Source: Ramazzottius varieornatus (Eukaryota; Animalia; Tardigrada). Taken from it: a DNA stretch of 64,000 nt. The stretch spans positions 1,234,293 through 1,298,292 of the forward strand of contig BDGG01000011.1 in assembly GCA_001949185.1 (NCBI GenBank), written 5' to 3'. The position numbers and the translations under genes are program-made. The notes below the pieces were generated by a model, which saw only the letters and a list, made by a program, of their open reading frames with translations, was not told where the DNA came from and made no database searches. Shown in pieces: positions 24,626 through 37,200 of the stretch. Every line of letters begins with the position of its first letter. Within the stretch, counting starts at the first letter, position 1.

Positions 24626-27600
24626 ATGTGCGGCACACTGATCCTGAGTTTTTCGTTGATGGTGAACCTGTGCACGCACTCGCTTCCGATTCTATTGTTG
24701 ATCGTCCGACGGATCTGGAGTCTATCATGGTACGTACGTAGGCTCATATTCCCGGTTGATGATTACGACCCCCGTCGTTTTTTCTTCGTATGGAGCTATA
24801 ATTTCAGTTCAATTCTACCAGTAGACTCTAGTTGTGTCCTGGACTGCGTCTGGACTGATCATTCGTTCCACTTGCTGCTTGTATTTAATTGAAGCTTAAT
24901 TCTGAAGGCACAAGGGCGTTACAACATGTCGCCCGGTATCACCTCTCTTCCAGACCAGGATTTCATGCCCGATTACCATCAGACACTCCAGGAAAAAACC
25001 TATGTCCATAACGTGACCATCCTGGTCGTGTTGACTTTCGGTACAGTCCATCTCCAACTCAATTCTTTTCCAGAGCGGATTTTTTTCTGAACCGATGTTG
25101 ATGAAGGGAAATATGCGGTTTGTTTCTCAGGGGGAGTACTGCCAGTAGATTTGATGAAAGCTGGTGGGGCGATTGAGATGGCCGTGGAGGTAGTTCGACA
25201 AAGCATTCTACCGGAAGTCTACACAAATTACTACATGGTTCGACGAAAAGGCTTCGTTGACTGTTATGAGGACGAGAACCACGCATCCTTCTTAATGACC
25301 CGTTATGCATTCCGTGATGCGGTTGCGCGAGGTGATCCTCCGGTGGGACTAATTGTGGGACCTGCGTGCACCAGTGAGTGGAGCCATATTAAGTTTAATT
25401 CCTGCTCCAAGTTATTACCGTCTTCATTTTCCAGAGTCACTGGAGAGCATGGGTCATATAGCAACCGGTAAGGTTACTGCAGAAAGATAGCCAGGATCCT
25501 AATTGCAACATGTAATCGGAAACAATTAACGTTACGCGCGAAGGGGACTTGTGACTATGCAGATATGCGAGCGCCGATCATGACGTCGCAAGGAGCCAGT
25601 CTGACTTTCGATGACAAGACCATATTCAAAACAGTAACCCGAACCGGAGTGACCGTCAAAACCCTGTCGCGTAAGCCTTTTTCCGCTACAGTGCATGAAG
25701 TGGTCAATTATCCGAAGGGTTTGTACGGCAGGTTTTGCTTTCGAATTCTTGGATTTACATGGATACGTCAATGTGGCCATCATCTACGACGACCTCTTTT
25801 CCTTCTTCAGCGTTCTGGGATCCATGTTGTACCGCGCCTTGTACTACCGGCAGGATGTTCGGATGAACCCCATGGATTTACCTTACCGCAACATCAGCGA
25901 CTACTCGCCCTACTTGTATCGAGCCTCCAACAACTCTCGAGGTCGTCGGCTTTGGCAACGTTGCTTCATTCCAATCCAGCTTTTCTCCCAGAAAATTACC
26001 AATTATATTTTGCTTACTGTCTTTGACAGTTTTCTTCATCCTGGCCGATGCGCAAAGTCTCCGTACGATCATGGTAAAAATTCCTGTTCTTGTTTCCATT
26101 GCTAATCTATTTCATTTCTCCGGTTGGTCGCTTCGTCGCTTGCGAACCAGACTATTGGGAATAATGCTTCATCTTCTTAATTTTTTTACAGTTGACTGCG
26201 TTCGATCTTGGGATGACGAACGGCGACTATGTACTGCGACCTACACCCGCATGACGAGCATGCAGACAATATTCCTTAGAAACGTGCATTATCGTTTTCA
26301 GGTGTTCTTGACCTGTGTGTGGTACAAAGAAAAATACTGGGGTGACTACACCTATCGTAACAGCGACGAGCGAGACGAGGAAGCTCGGCAAGCTTATCGT
26401 ACCTTACTGGTCTTTAGAGAAAGGCCCATGACTCCCACCCAGAACGAAACAGCTACCGGTCCACAAGACTTTGCTCAGGCACAAAGTCGGGTGAAGTCTA
26501 TAGCCTGGAACCGGTACGGATACGGCTTTGACAACAACGAGGATGTAAGCCCAGAAAGTTTGTTTGTGACCAGCCAAACCATAGAGCGCTGTATAAGGAT
26601 CTCTAACCTAGGTCTCTTCGGCGGTGTGGGAACTGTACGAGGGAATTTTGTTATGGGCCCGTGCCTTGAACGAGACGATCAGCGAGGGCGAAGACCCGAA
26701 AAACGGAACGCGAGTGACGCAACGCATGTGGAACCGTCAAGTTCAAGGCATCAACGGCACTTTGGCCATCGATGCCAACGGTGATCGCAACTGCAGTTAT
26801 GCCTTGCTGGACATGTCGCCATCTAGCGGTATCTTCAAAGTATGACAATCGCCATCAAGGTTCTTCACTCCCATGCAGACTGAGCTGGGAAAGTTTTCAG
26901 TTGGTTTTGAAGGAAGTGTTCGTCTATGATGGACGTGGTCAGCCATCAAGATGGATCCGAACAGTTGACTGGGGAAGCGGTAGAGAGAGGGCGCCACCCA
27001 ACGAACCGAAATGCGGATATCGAAATGACAAACTGCTGTGTTTCCTGCGAACGGGTAGTGGCTTTAATTATGATCCACTTCCTCTTTCATTTCCCAATCG
27101 CACATTGATCATTACCACCTCAATCTTGCTTTAGAAGAAAACAATCACGTTTACACGGCAGTTGGAGCTGTTGGTGGCGCTGTGGTGTTATTACTTCTTG
27201 GCGCGCTTCTTGTCTACAGGTATTGTCCGTCCTACATCTTCAGCCCCTTACGTTTACTCGGCAATTTGTTCTTAGTACCGGAAATATCGTGCGATACTGC
27301 CAGTTGTGTCTTCAGGAAGTATCGGACAGAACAAGCGTTGCATGATACGTGGTGGAGAGCCAGCTACAGCGATATCAAACCTCTGGACAACACGGTGTCC
27401 CGCTCCCGACGGATGGCCTCTCCTTTTTCTGAGGTCAATTGAGCTGCATTATTTCCTTTGCAATCCTCCTTTGGTTTTAACCCGGGTGTGCTCCGCTTTG
27501 CAGGAGCCTGATCTCGGGCTCAAGAAGGTTACCGTCGCACGCTATCAAGACCGGATGGTCATGGTTAAAACCATCACGCACAAAATCGAGATGAACAGAC

Positions 27601-30600
27601 ACTTTCTGGTCTACGTTAGCAAAGTAAGCTCCATCAACATTAATGCGGACGTACGGCTTGTCTCCTTGTCCTCTGCCAAAGTTAATATATTTTTCTGACG
27701 CCACATCTCAAATATTTTAATCAGCTCATGCAGTCATATTATCACGATACTCCCGAGATTCATTTGCAACATATTTCGCTCCATTGCTGCGAAAAACTAG
27801 GGGAAGGGAGAAGAAGGAAGATAACCTCTGTAACGGCACATTTCGAACTCACTTCCGGGAAAAATTTACTACCTCGATGGAGGAAGTCCAAGTTTTTGAA
27901 CAAGTGATAGTCCGTTAGCGCCAGGATCCTGCTATAAGACGGGGGAATGGAAAGTTCCATTTTCCGTTGCTGCAGTTTTGCGGAAGTGTTTTGATAATCG
28001 CGCACTCTGGAGCAGCCTTGCAACAGTAGTGGGTCCAGTTCGTGAATTTTGCCTGTTGGACGGGATGGTTTTCCACACACAATCCCTCTTCCAAAGAGTT
28101 CTGGAATATCGTTACTGCTTTGCTTGATGAAAGAGATTCATAGCGGTCAGGAGTGTGTGGTGGCCATCAATATGAGATCATGGTTCTCTTTTAGCGCAGC
28201 TCACGGCTTCAAATCTCATGCGGTGGTTTGCCTTTGTCAAAATATACCATATGTCTCGCTTAGAAATCTTCTGCAGAGTGTCCCTGTTGTCACCGGTAGC
28301 AATGCGGTCTGCTACCGGCTAGTTGATGTTTGCAATTCGGAGAGGGAAAAAAGAAAAACTGCGTTATTTTCGGGGTGCGCGAAGTAGGTGGGGTACCAAA
28401 TTCTCTTGTCTTTTCGCTCTCCTCGTCTTATTTAAATTTACCATGAGACTTTGGGGAGGCATATTTTAGTCCTGTGAAAATTACACAATAGTTTGGGGAG
28501 AATCGGGTGTGACATGATCGCTCAGTACATTGTCGCTCACTTTCAATTTCAGTCTTCCGTAAGAGTAACTTTTGAATAGAAATTTCCAAAACGGAACCCA
28601 TACACCCAATCACCCACGGTACATCTGTTAGGTGTTTCATAGTCAAATACGGATCTGATTTTGTCCGCGGTAGGAGATGGTTTCGCGCTTCGATAAAATT
28701 CAAACGCCAAAACCTCCGAAATTTTACCTATGCATCATTCAGCCAAAACAATTCCTGCCGTACTCCAGAGCTGAGAAGCTTGAACCCATCAAGTATCAGA
28801 CAACGGGTGGGAGTTGGTGAGAAACAGAAAAAACTGTTTACAACGAAAGGATGAGGGGAGTAGAACTATGTATTTTTGAAGTCACGGTGGTTTAAGGAGC
28901 TCAAGCTATACGTCCGCACGTAATAGTTGGGGCGGCGATTTGATCGTCTAAACGATATTTCGTAGTTGCACAGCATCAATCACGACAACCTAAACCGAGT
29001 CGTGGGAATCTGTCCCGACGTCAACCACGAAGCCATTCTGACCGACTATTGCACCAAAGGTTCGCTGGCAGACTTGCTGGAGAACGACGAAATGGAGCTG
29101 GACTGGGGCTTCAAATCGTCGTTGATTACTGACCTAGTTTCCGGACTGGACTACATCCACACATCTTTCCTTGTGTCGCACGGGAACCTCCACAGTTCCA
29201 ACTGTCTGATCGACAGTCGCTTCACCCTGAAAATATCTGATTATGCTTTCCCTGAACTGCGACAGACTTCAAAGCCGATAGGAAAATCGATCGATGGCCA
29301 TGTTGATGTCGACCTTCATCATAAGGTGCTTTTGTGGCGAGCGCCAGAGTTTCTACGAGATTCGATGCCACCTGCCGGATCACCGAAGGGCGATGTGTAC
29401 AGTATGGCCATTGTTTTATCAGAAATCGTGACGAGACGGGAACCCTACGCTTCCCCATTGCTCGAGGTACCGAAATGTTTTGCTGGAGGTGAACACAGTT
29501 TAGTCTTTTCGGTTGGGAACGCCCAGTTTCAGTAGCGCCTGACTGTTTGCAGGGTATTGATTTCAAGGATAAGTCGTACGAAGAAATTGTCCAGCGAATT
29601 ATCGAGGGTCCAGACGAGCAAGGCCCTCTACGACCCGTTATCCTACCCGAAGAGTGTCCGCCGAAGGTTACTACCGTCATCCAACTGTGCTGGGCGGAAT
29701 GGGTTAAAGACCGGCTGTCGGTTCGCGATGCCCAACAGATGCTGAAGGAAGCTGGTGTGGCCAAAGGCTCGGTCATGGATAACATTATTCGCCGCATGGA
29801 ACAGTACGCGGGCAATCTCGAGTCGACCATTAATGACCGCACCAAAGCGCTGCTGGATGAAAAGAAGAAAGTCGAAGAGCTTCTAAGCGAGATATTACCG
29901 AGGTACAGTACATAGCGCCACGCCATTCCTGATGCTATACTGTGGTATTTTTCGAGAAATCAAACATGTATGCCACAGTGCGGTCGCCGAAGCACTAAAA
30001 ATGGGCAAGCAAATCGCGCCGGAAGCCTTCGAGATGGTCACCATATACTACAGCGACATTGTTGGCTTCACGACCATTTCTGCGAAGAGTAAGAAAAGGC
30101 CGCTGCTTAGCCATACGGTTGGGGCGTAACTGTTAATGTTGTGGTCTTGCAGGTACAGCCTTCCAAGTGGTGGATTTGCTGAACGATCTGTACACGATGT
30201 TCGATGGAGCCATCGCGGGTTTTGATGCTTACAAGGTGAGGCTGACTGGATCGCCAGAACTTTTCCGAGTATGAATACTCCAGGGTGACGATAACCATGT
30301 CGTTGCCATCAGGTGGAGACGATTGGGGATGCATACGTGGTGGCCAGTGGAGTGCCGGTGCGTAATGGCGACAGACATGCCCTGGAAATTGCCAACGTGG
30401 CTCTAAAGTTCCGGGATGGTGTTGCGGGATTTACGATGCGTCATTTGCCGGACCAGCAATTGAGGCTGCGTATTGGACTGCACTCAGGATATGTCGCTGC
30501 AGGTGACCACTAAAGTCCAAATGAAAGCTGGACCAGCGAGGAATAATTAACAACACGGCCTTTTTCGTCATAAAATAGGGGTGGTGGGGGTCAAGATGCC

Positions 30601-31010
30601 GCGATACTGCCTGTACGTATTAAAATGTACTGTTTTAACAGTCGGCTCCAATTAGTCGTACCATTGTGCCAATCTGAAAGCCGTTTTCCAGGTTTGGAGA
30701 AAGCGTTATGATAGCCAACAAGATGGAATCATCCGGAGAGGGTAAGACTGCGTCTTGTGTAATTCCGAACTTCTGTCTCACGTTCAAGTAGGATCGCACG
30801 AATGCGGTCATGTCGCAAGGGGTGAGGTATGGAAATTTCTTTCTCCTAAGCCGACAATTTCGGTTTGTTCTAGCCATGAAAATCCAGATGAGCGCTGTCA
30901 CAAAACAGCTGCTGGACCAGTTCCAGCAATTCGATATGGTGTTCCGTCATATCTACGATACGGGTAAGGGATCGATCGCTACCTATTGGCTACATGGAGT
31001 GAGGACGTAA
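24626..31010 (+). CDS. Receptor-type guanylate cyclase (ANF-receptor ectodomain, TM, kinase-homology domain, cyclase domain), many exons
   Basis: Ectodomain motifs [26 protein letters not shown] and [32 protein letters not shown]. Kinase-homology motifs [22 protein letters not shown] and LWRAPE. Cyclase motifs [27 protein letters not shown] and KMPRYCLFG. The start codon is tentative. Confidence 0.93.
27642..28922. mobile_element. ~1.25-kb non-autonomous TIR element in a guanylate cyclase intron (copy 1)
   Basis: Colinear with 46181..47441. Imperfect TIR TGCGGACGTACGGCTTG / CAAGCTATACGTCCGCA. Confidence 0.8.
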
Positions 31011-31418
31011 ATCGAGATCGCACGAAGAGTCAATCTTCTATTCTTTTTCATGATCACACTGCGGTCTCAGAATTGCAGTTTCCGATATGTTCAGGATACA
31101 GTACACAATGCGATGTTTCACCGGGGAAAACACTGAAAAGTCTTATTAGAGCGGTAATATTGTTCTGCACTCACTTGAAAAATTAAAAAAATAAAGCGGT
31201 AATTTGATTTGATTGACGGATTGTCCATACAATCACATTATTTAACATCGTGATGAGTCATTGTTTAGTACCGTGACTGATGACCTTTTTAAAGCTGAAG
31301 GAATTCGTCTGGCGTGACAGTCCAAGCATGGATCCAACTATGCCCCGAACACAGTCGCTCGTAATGAACCAGTAATCCCACGTTGAAGCGGTTTTTCACG
31401 AGTTGTACCGCAGCGAAT

Positions 31419-34168
31419 TCAGTGTATCGTTGCGTTCCTCGAGGGAGTTGAATCTTTGTCTGCTAGTTCTGATCCGAATCCTTCTTGACTTCCTGAAAGT
31501 CTCTTTGTCCAGCTCGAGAAAATTTTGCGCCTTGAGGTACGGTGGCGATCGTATATCGCCACCCATTTATATGTAGCCATGCATTTATCCAGCAGAAGAT
31601 GCTTTTCGCGTCTAAGGTACTCCCGCAGCCACAAGAACTTGTCATCGAAATGCAGGTGGATAAGGTGCGCCTCTATTTCGGGGTCAATCACTAGGCTTTC
31701 GAAGGTGGCTTTCCAAACTGCCTCAAAGAAGGAGGCACCATCCAGGCATAGATGCGACAGGTTGGGTAGCTCAGCGAAGACATTCTCCTCCACCACTCCA
31801 AACATTGAATCGTCCATTGCAATTGATCGCAAAGAGGGGAAAGTACGGGGGAGGTCTTCAAGATAAAAAGAAACTTTTCGACAGCTGCGAAAGATCAACT
31901 GCCGGACGTCGCTAGAACACCAGCGTGACCACTGCCGCCAGTTGACTGTAGATACGTTGTTAATGGTCAGCTGCACGACAACCATGTCATCAACCTGCAA
32001 GGGTTCCTTCCATGAGCATGCATTCAAATTGAGCTTAACAGCTGGTCTGGGAAAGCCGTAGCCTTGGTACTGCTGTTCGATTTGTCGCCAGAATTCGGTC
32101 CAATCATCTGCCGATGCATCTCCAGCTATGGTCACTGCAAAGTAGGAATGGTCCTTCACACAGGCTGTTAGCGTACACGACTTGTAGACCAATGGGCAGC
32201 AGCAGCTGTAGGGAGCCAGCGTGTTGTGGCGTAAGGTTTGACTGCAATCTGCAAATATCAGGCCTTGCCCCAGCATACTAAAAAAATTGGGTCGCAGAAG
32301 GCGGGGATCCTTAGTTGGACGGACATAGTTAGGCAGCCCGTACACAACGTACAGCTGTGGCGAAACGCTCATTTCGTTCTTATCAGCAACCAAGGCGTGG
32401 TTTTCCTGGAAAAAGGTTCGGAAAGAGGAGAAATCCTCTTTTGAGTCCATTGCATGGAGAGCCTTCACGTCTTCCGGGGAAAACTCTCGAGGCAAGCGAT
32501 ATTCGATATAATGGAAGCTTGCTGGCATTTCTGCAAGTGTGGAACTGCCCCACGGCTTCAGTTTGCTTCTATTCATCAGTATCTCACAAAGTGTGGGTGC
32601 TGCTGAGAAGAGAGCTTCGATATCTTCCCTGGTGATTACACAGCAATTGTCAGTCTGGACTGAAAATAAGTTGGAAAATGTTGTGTGCGGAAAAATGTTG
32701 TCGTGGTTCATCGAGTATTGCTTGAAATATGGCAAGGTGAAGAACCATCTGTCGTGGCACACCACGGTGACCAAGCCATCAGATCCGACTCTTTGAAATT
32801 TATGCGCTGTGTACAGCCACTCGCAATCGTAGTCGATGCGTTTGGACTGAAGCATAATGATGTCGTCATACCAATTGTGCTCGGGTATGTTTAGCGAACT
32901 GCGATCTGACTTGTAAGGTCGATCAAGCTTCTGCTGGATATCAACAGGCTGCGCTGAACGAAAATGGGAAAGGGCCGAACTAAGCAGTTGATGGAACAAG
33001 GAAGAAATTTCCGAAGCGAAAGGACGCTGTTGCTCATCGTAAATCAGACAGGTTTTCACTAGACGGCTGATCTCGTCGGATATTTCTGCCGGTACCTGAG
33101 GTGTCGCCCCCAACGCCACAAACTCTTCGTACTCTGAATTGGAGACAAACTTCGACTCAGTCCTGTGCACATCGCCGTACGCGAACCGCATCTCCGTTCT
33201 ATTGATACCCAAACACATCTTCAGTATGACATCCCGTGCTCCACGTGTCGGTCCTGCGTCAAACTACGAAACAAATAAGCCTTGAATTTATTTTATATGA
33301 GATGAGCCGCCGAGGATGAACCAGCTAGGCTTCTTCCGTAAAACTGATACCTTGGACGGCATCCCCCAGCCTGGACTTTTTGCACATTTCCGGCGATGTA
33401 CACAGAAAGGTTCCGCGTAAAAACTGGACGTCATCATGCGCCGTCTTGTCTCGCTCCATAAGGACAGGATCGTCATAATCACCGATTTTGATGCTCATGT
33501 ATCCCACACCTTGTCGGTAGTCACAGAAGAGCAAATTTTCTGGCTTTATATCGCAGTGAATAATGTTTTTAGCATCCCTAACTGTGTTCTTCAAGTGATG
33601 CAAGTAACACAGCCCGTCCGATATTTGTTTCGAATAGGCCAGAATCTGCACGACTGGCAATTGATCAGGCCACCTTTTCAAGTAAGCTTGTAAATCTCCT
33701 CCTATAATCAAGAAAACCACTAATGTCAGAAGCATGAACAAAACCCCGAATTGAGAGACCAAAATATCGGCCCAAATAATCTTCCCCAGGCACTACATAA
33801 AGGAGCATAGTCTCGATATTCTCACCTGGACAGTATTCGCAGATCAAGTTCAGTTTGAGCTTTCCAGCTCCGCTTGACGTTTTGCCGTGGCCGTAAAACT
33901 TGGTGAGGTTGTCGTGATTCACAAGACTAAGCTGCTGCAGGTAGTGTCCCAGTTTGACTTCGACGCTGGAGGTCTTCTTGAACATTGTTCTTGTCATGAC
34001 TCCTGTCTCCTTCACCACGCAGAGCTCAGGTGCCTCGCGTCCTGCCACCATGGTGACATTGTCCGTTCTGCAAAGTTCCTCGATGATCCAGTAGTTGTAC
34101 GTGTTTTCGTCATCGGAGTCAAAGGTTGCGTAGCTTCCGGAAGGCTTCTTCTGCTCATACCGTGACAT
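31419..34168 (-). pseudogene. Ser/Thr kinase with a long C-terminal region containing LRR-like repeats; stop and frameshift at the start of exon 3
   Basis: Exons 33826..34168, 33351..33701 and 31419..33263 give VVKE, HDNLTKFYG, CEYCPGGDL, HCDIKPEN, KIGDYDD and GTFLCTSPE. Splicing yields QV*RRTDTWSTGC, then a frameshift into VILKMCLG..QRP. Confidence 0.78.
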
Positions 34169-34233
34169 CTTCAGCTTTGAATGGAGTTTTGTAGCGCTAA
34201 CTTGTCTTCAGTAAACTACAAAGCCTACTTACA

Positions 34234-34738
34234 CACCTGCAACTGGTACTCGATATACCGAGCAACAGTTTGCTGCAATGACGACCGACAGAGTCTGAAA
34301 CTTCACGTATATGCGTAGCAATACCGAACTGTAATAATTCTGTTGTCACTCGTTAAACCAAACACCGTAAATCGTAATGCACCACCATCAACCAGCATTG
34401 AAGGTCAGTTCAAGGTATTAACGGCGCGTAGAAACTCGATAATATAGAACAATGGGAGCATCAATTCTTTTCACATGTGCTGAGGTGGAACAATGCGCAA
34501 TAGAAGAATACTATCATCTGTGTTCTATATTATCGAGTTTCTACGCGCCGTTAATACCTTGAACTGACCTTCAATGCTGGTTGATGGTGGTGCATTACGA
34601 TTTACGGTGTTTGGTTTAACGAGTGACAACAGAATTATTACAGTTCGGTATTGCTACGCATATACGTGAAGTTTCAGACTCTGTCGGTCGTCATTGCAGC
34701 AAACTGTTGCTCGGTATATCGAGTACCAGTTGCAGGTG
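34234..34738. repeat. Apparently perfect 218-bp inverted repeat with a 69-bp spacer, abutting a gap
   Basis: 34234..34451 is the reverse complement of 34521..34738. Confidence 0.9.
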
Positions 34739-34789
34739 NNNNNNNNNNNNNNNNNNNNNNNNNNNNNNNNNNNNNNNNNNNNNNNNNNC

Positions 34790-37200
34790 TTACAGCCGCT
34801 TTACTGTTGCGCTGTACCCGTAAGAGACGTACTTTCAGGCGCCTGTCTTTCACGGCGCGAACACAGATGATAGCTCCATTGGCGACCGAGTCCATCAGCT
34901 CCTGTACGGTCACGGTGGCAAGAAGCTCAGTCGAGCGTCTCTGGCGAAACCCATACTGATGATGCGATAGCAGGGAATGTCCTTCGAGGCGCATTCGCAG
35001 TCTTCCGGCAATCACAGCTTCGAGGAATTTGGACAAAGGATGGAGGAGGGAGATTGATGCCAGTTTGCGCACTTGGTGCTATTGAGCGAGCCTTTTGGAA
35101 TGGGCGTGACATACGAAGTCTTCCAGCAGCCTGGAAAAATACCCGAGAAAAGGCAGGTGTTAAACAGCATAATCAAGGGAGCCACAATCTCGGAACCGCA
35201 ATGAGAGAGCAAGTCGAATGAAAAAGGAAATGGCCCGCATGCCTTTCCTGGTACCAGGACATGCTTGAGGGCGCTCAGTATATCCGTGTGGGTAATCGGA
35301 TCGGGAAAATCACTTGGGCTGGTTGGCATTGGAGGGCCGACACAATGGGAACTGCACGGCTGTTGACAGGAGGCAAACCACTTGTCCAGTAGATTTGCTT
35401 TCACGGGGTCCTCAAACTCAAAACTGCCATTCCCATCGTTCCATAACGGCGGAACATTCTGAATGTCCGCCGTCGACTTGCTCAGCTTCCAGAACTTTTG
35501 AATATTTCGGGTGGATGCTACCGCTTGCATCAGGTGATACTGATTTTAGCTCGGCAGTTTGACTGCGTTTCTTCCACAAAGACTGCAGCTGAGCACCCCG
35601 CGTCCCCGCCGAACACGCCTTCCACTTTTGGAAAGCGCGATCACGGCGACGCAATGTTCGAGTCACGAAGGTTGGGTACGGTACTTCACCGTAACGCCGC
35701 TTGACATGGGTCAGGCGGTGAAACTCCCTGCGATCGCGAGTACAGTCTCTTCCAGAACCTCTGCCTTTCCGTTGGCATCTTTCCCTGTAAACAGAACAAA
35801 CCAGTCAGTCATTCTGCGTTCATCTCTGAACTGTGCGTTGGCCCGTTCGTCGAATTTCCAGCTCTGTTGCGTGATCAGCCGCGCCCTTCGTTTCCGAATC
35901 AACGCGCGGAAATGAATGACGCTGTAATCGCATTTTCCGGTCGGAGGAGATATTGCTGCGAGTGAATCGAAGGGCATTGCAACTGGAAGGAAACACAGAT
36001 CAAGGATATTGTTTTTGCGAGTTGGAAAATTTACTATCTGTTTGAAAGAAAACGTCGAGGAGAACATCGCCGTGGCTTGACCGAGCACTCCAAGCGGACC
36101 AGTCAATACCGGGGATATTGAACTCCCCGAGAATGACCAGTCGTCGGATGATGTCATGAGGGAGGGTCCGAAGGTGCTCCATTAATTCTCGGGTGAACTC
36201 GCGCACGGTCGAAGGTGGGCTGTAAAACACACGAATCACGATATTGAGAATATTAATCTTGATGTTCAAGTGCGGCTCGGCGATATCCTTTAGACCCTTC
36301 TTCACGACGGGCGCCACTCCACCGCCGTTACGATATCGAGGCCTACGAAACACGTCAAAAGCATTCAAATTTGCGAATAGGTTATCCACAAATTCTGGGC
36401 AGTCGCGGGTCTCCACCAGACCGATGATATCCGCAATGGAACAAAAAGCCTTAACAGCAACAGACTTATTAAAGATACTCACGATATTCGAAAAACGGAA
36501 GTTAGTATATTCAGATACTTTAACCGCTTTTACATCACCAGAGGCAATCGCCGATGGTGGTGCAACTGCCACTACTGCGGGTTATTTGGAAAGTTCCCCG
36601 CATTCTTCGCGTTGTAGTTCCATACGCGAACTACGACATTGCGGGGCCAGAGTCTTTCGTTCATCATCTTGCCTTCGTCCGCTTGAAAACAACCGATCCT
36701 TGCGGCGGTTGATCCACGCTTATCACCTTCGTGATGGATAAAGACCTTGACGAAGTGTACTCGGACACCCTTGCTGGCTACTTGCTCCATGATCGACTCT
36801 TCATATTTCTACATGTTTGGCACTTCTCGATCTCCTTCCATTGTCTTGAATTCCGTGTCCTCCACATTTGGAATGCCCTTCAGGAGAAAATCTTTATGTG
36901 GTGGACGGTTCAGCTTCAGGAGGTTGAACAAGCCGTCGTTGTTCGGATCGTTGTTTTGTGCGGAGGGTTGCTGTTTCCCCCATACGACCGGCTGGTGACG
37001 TTGCTTGCCGGTCACAACGGTGTACGGTAGATCGTCAGACTGTACTTGCCTGCTGGTGACGTCATCACCAGGACTGCTGTGTTCTCTTTCTTCCGATCCC
37101 GATGCTTGTGTGGGCTGAGCCTGTGCTGGTCCTGACACCTGTCCATCGCCCTGCAGAAATAAATAAGAAGGTTTACTGTGATACGAAACGGTACGGTACA
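34790..37200 (-). mobile_element. Degenerate non-LTR retrotransposon (ORF1 plus APE endonuclease and reverse transcriptase)
   Basis: ORF1 end LWPRNVVVRVW. APE motifs DIIGLVET, RNGGGVA, VILGEFN and NILDLCF. RT motifs FPGCWKTSYVTPIPK, ISLLHPLSKFLE and QYGFRQRRST. Several frameshifts; truncated. Confidence 0.9.

Noticed and set aside
29222-29926. 234-aa minus-strand ORF
   Set aside because: Antisense to guanylate cyclase exons, with no independent motifs.
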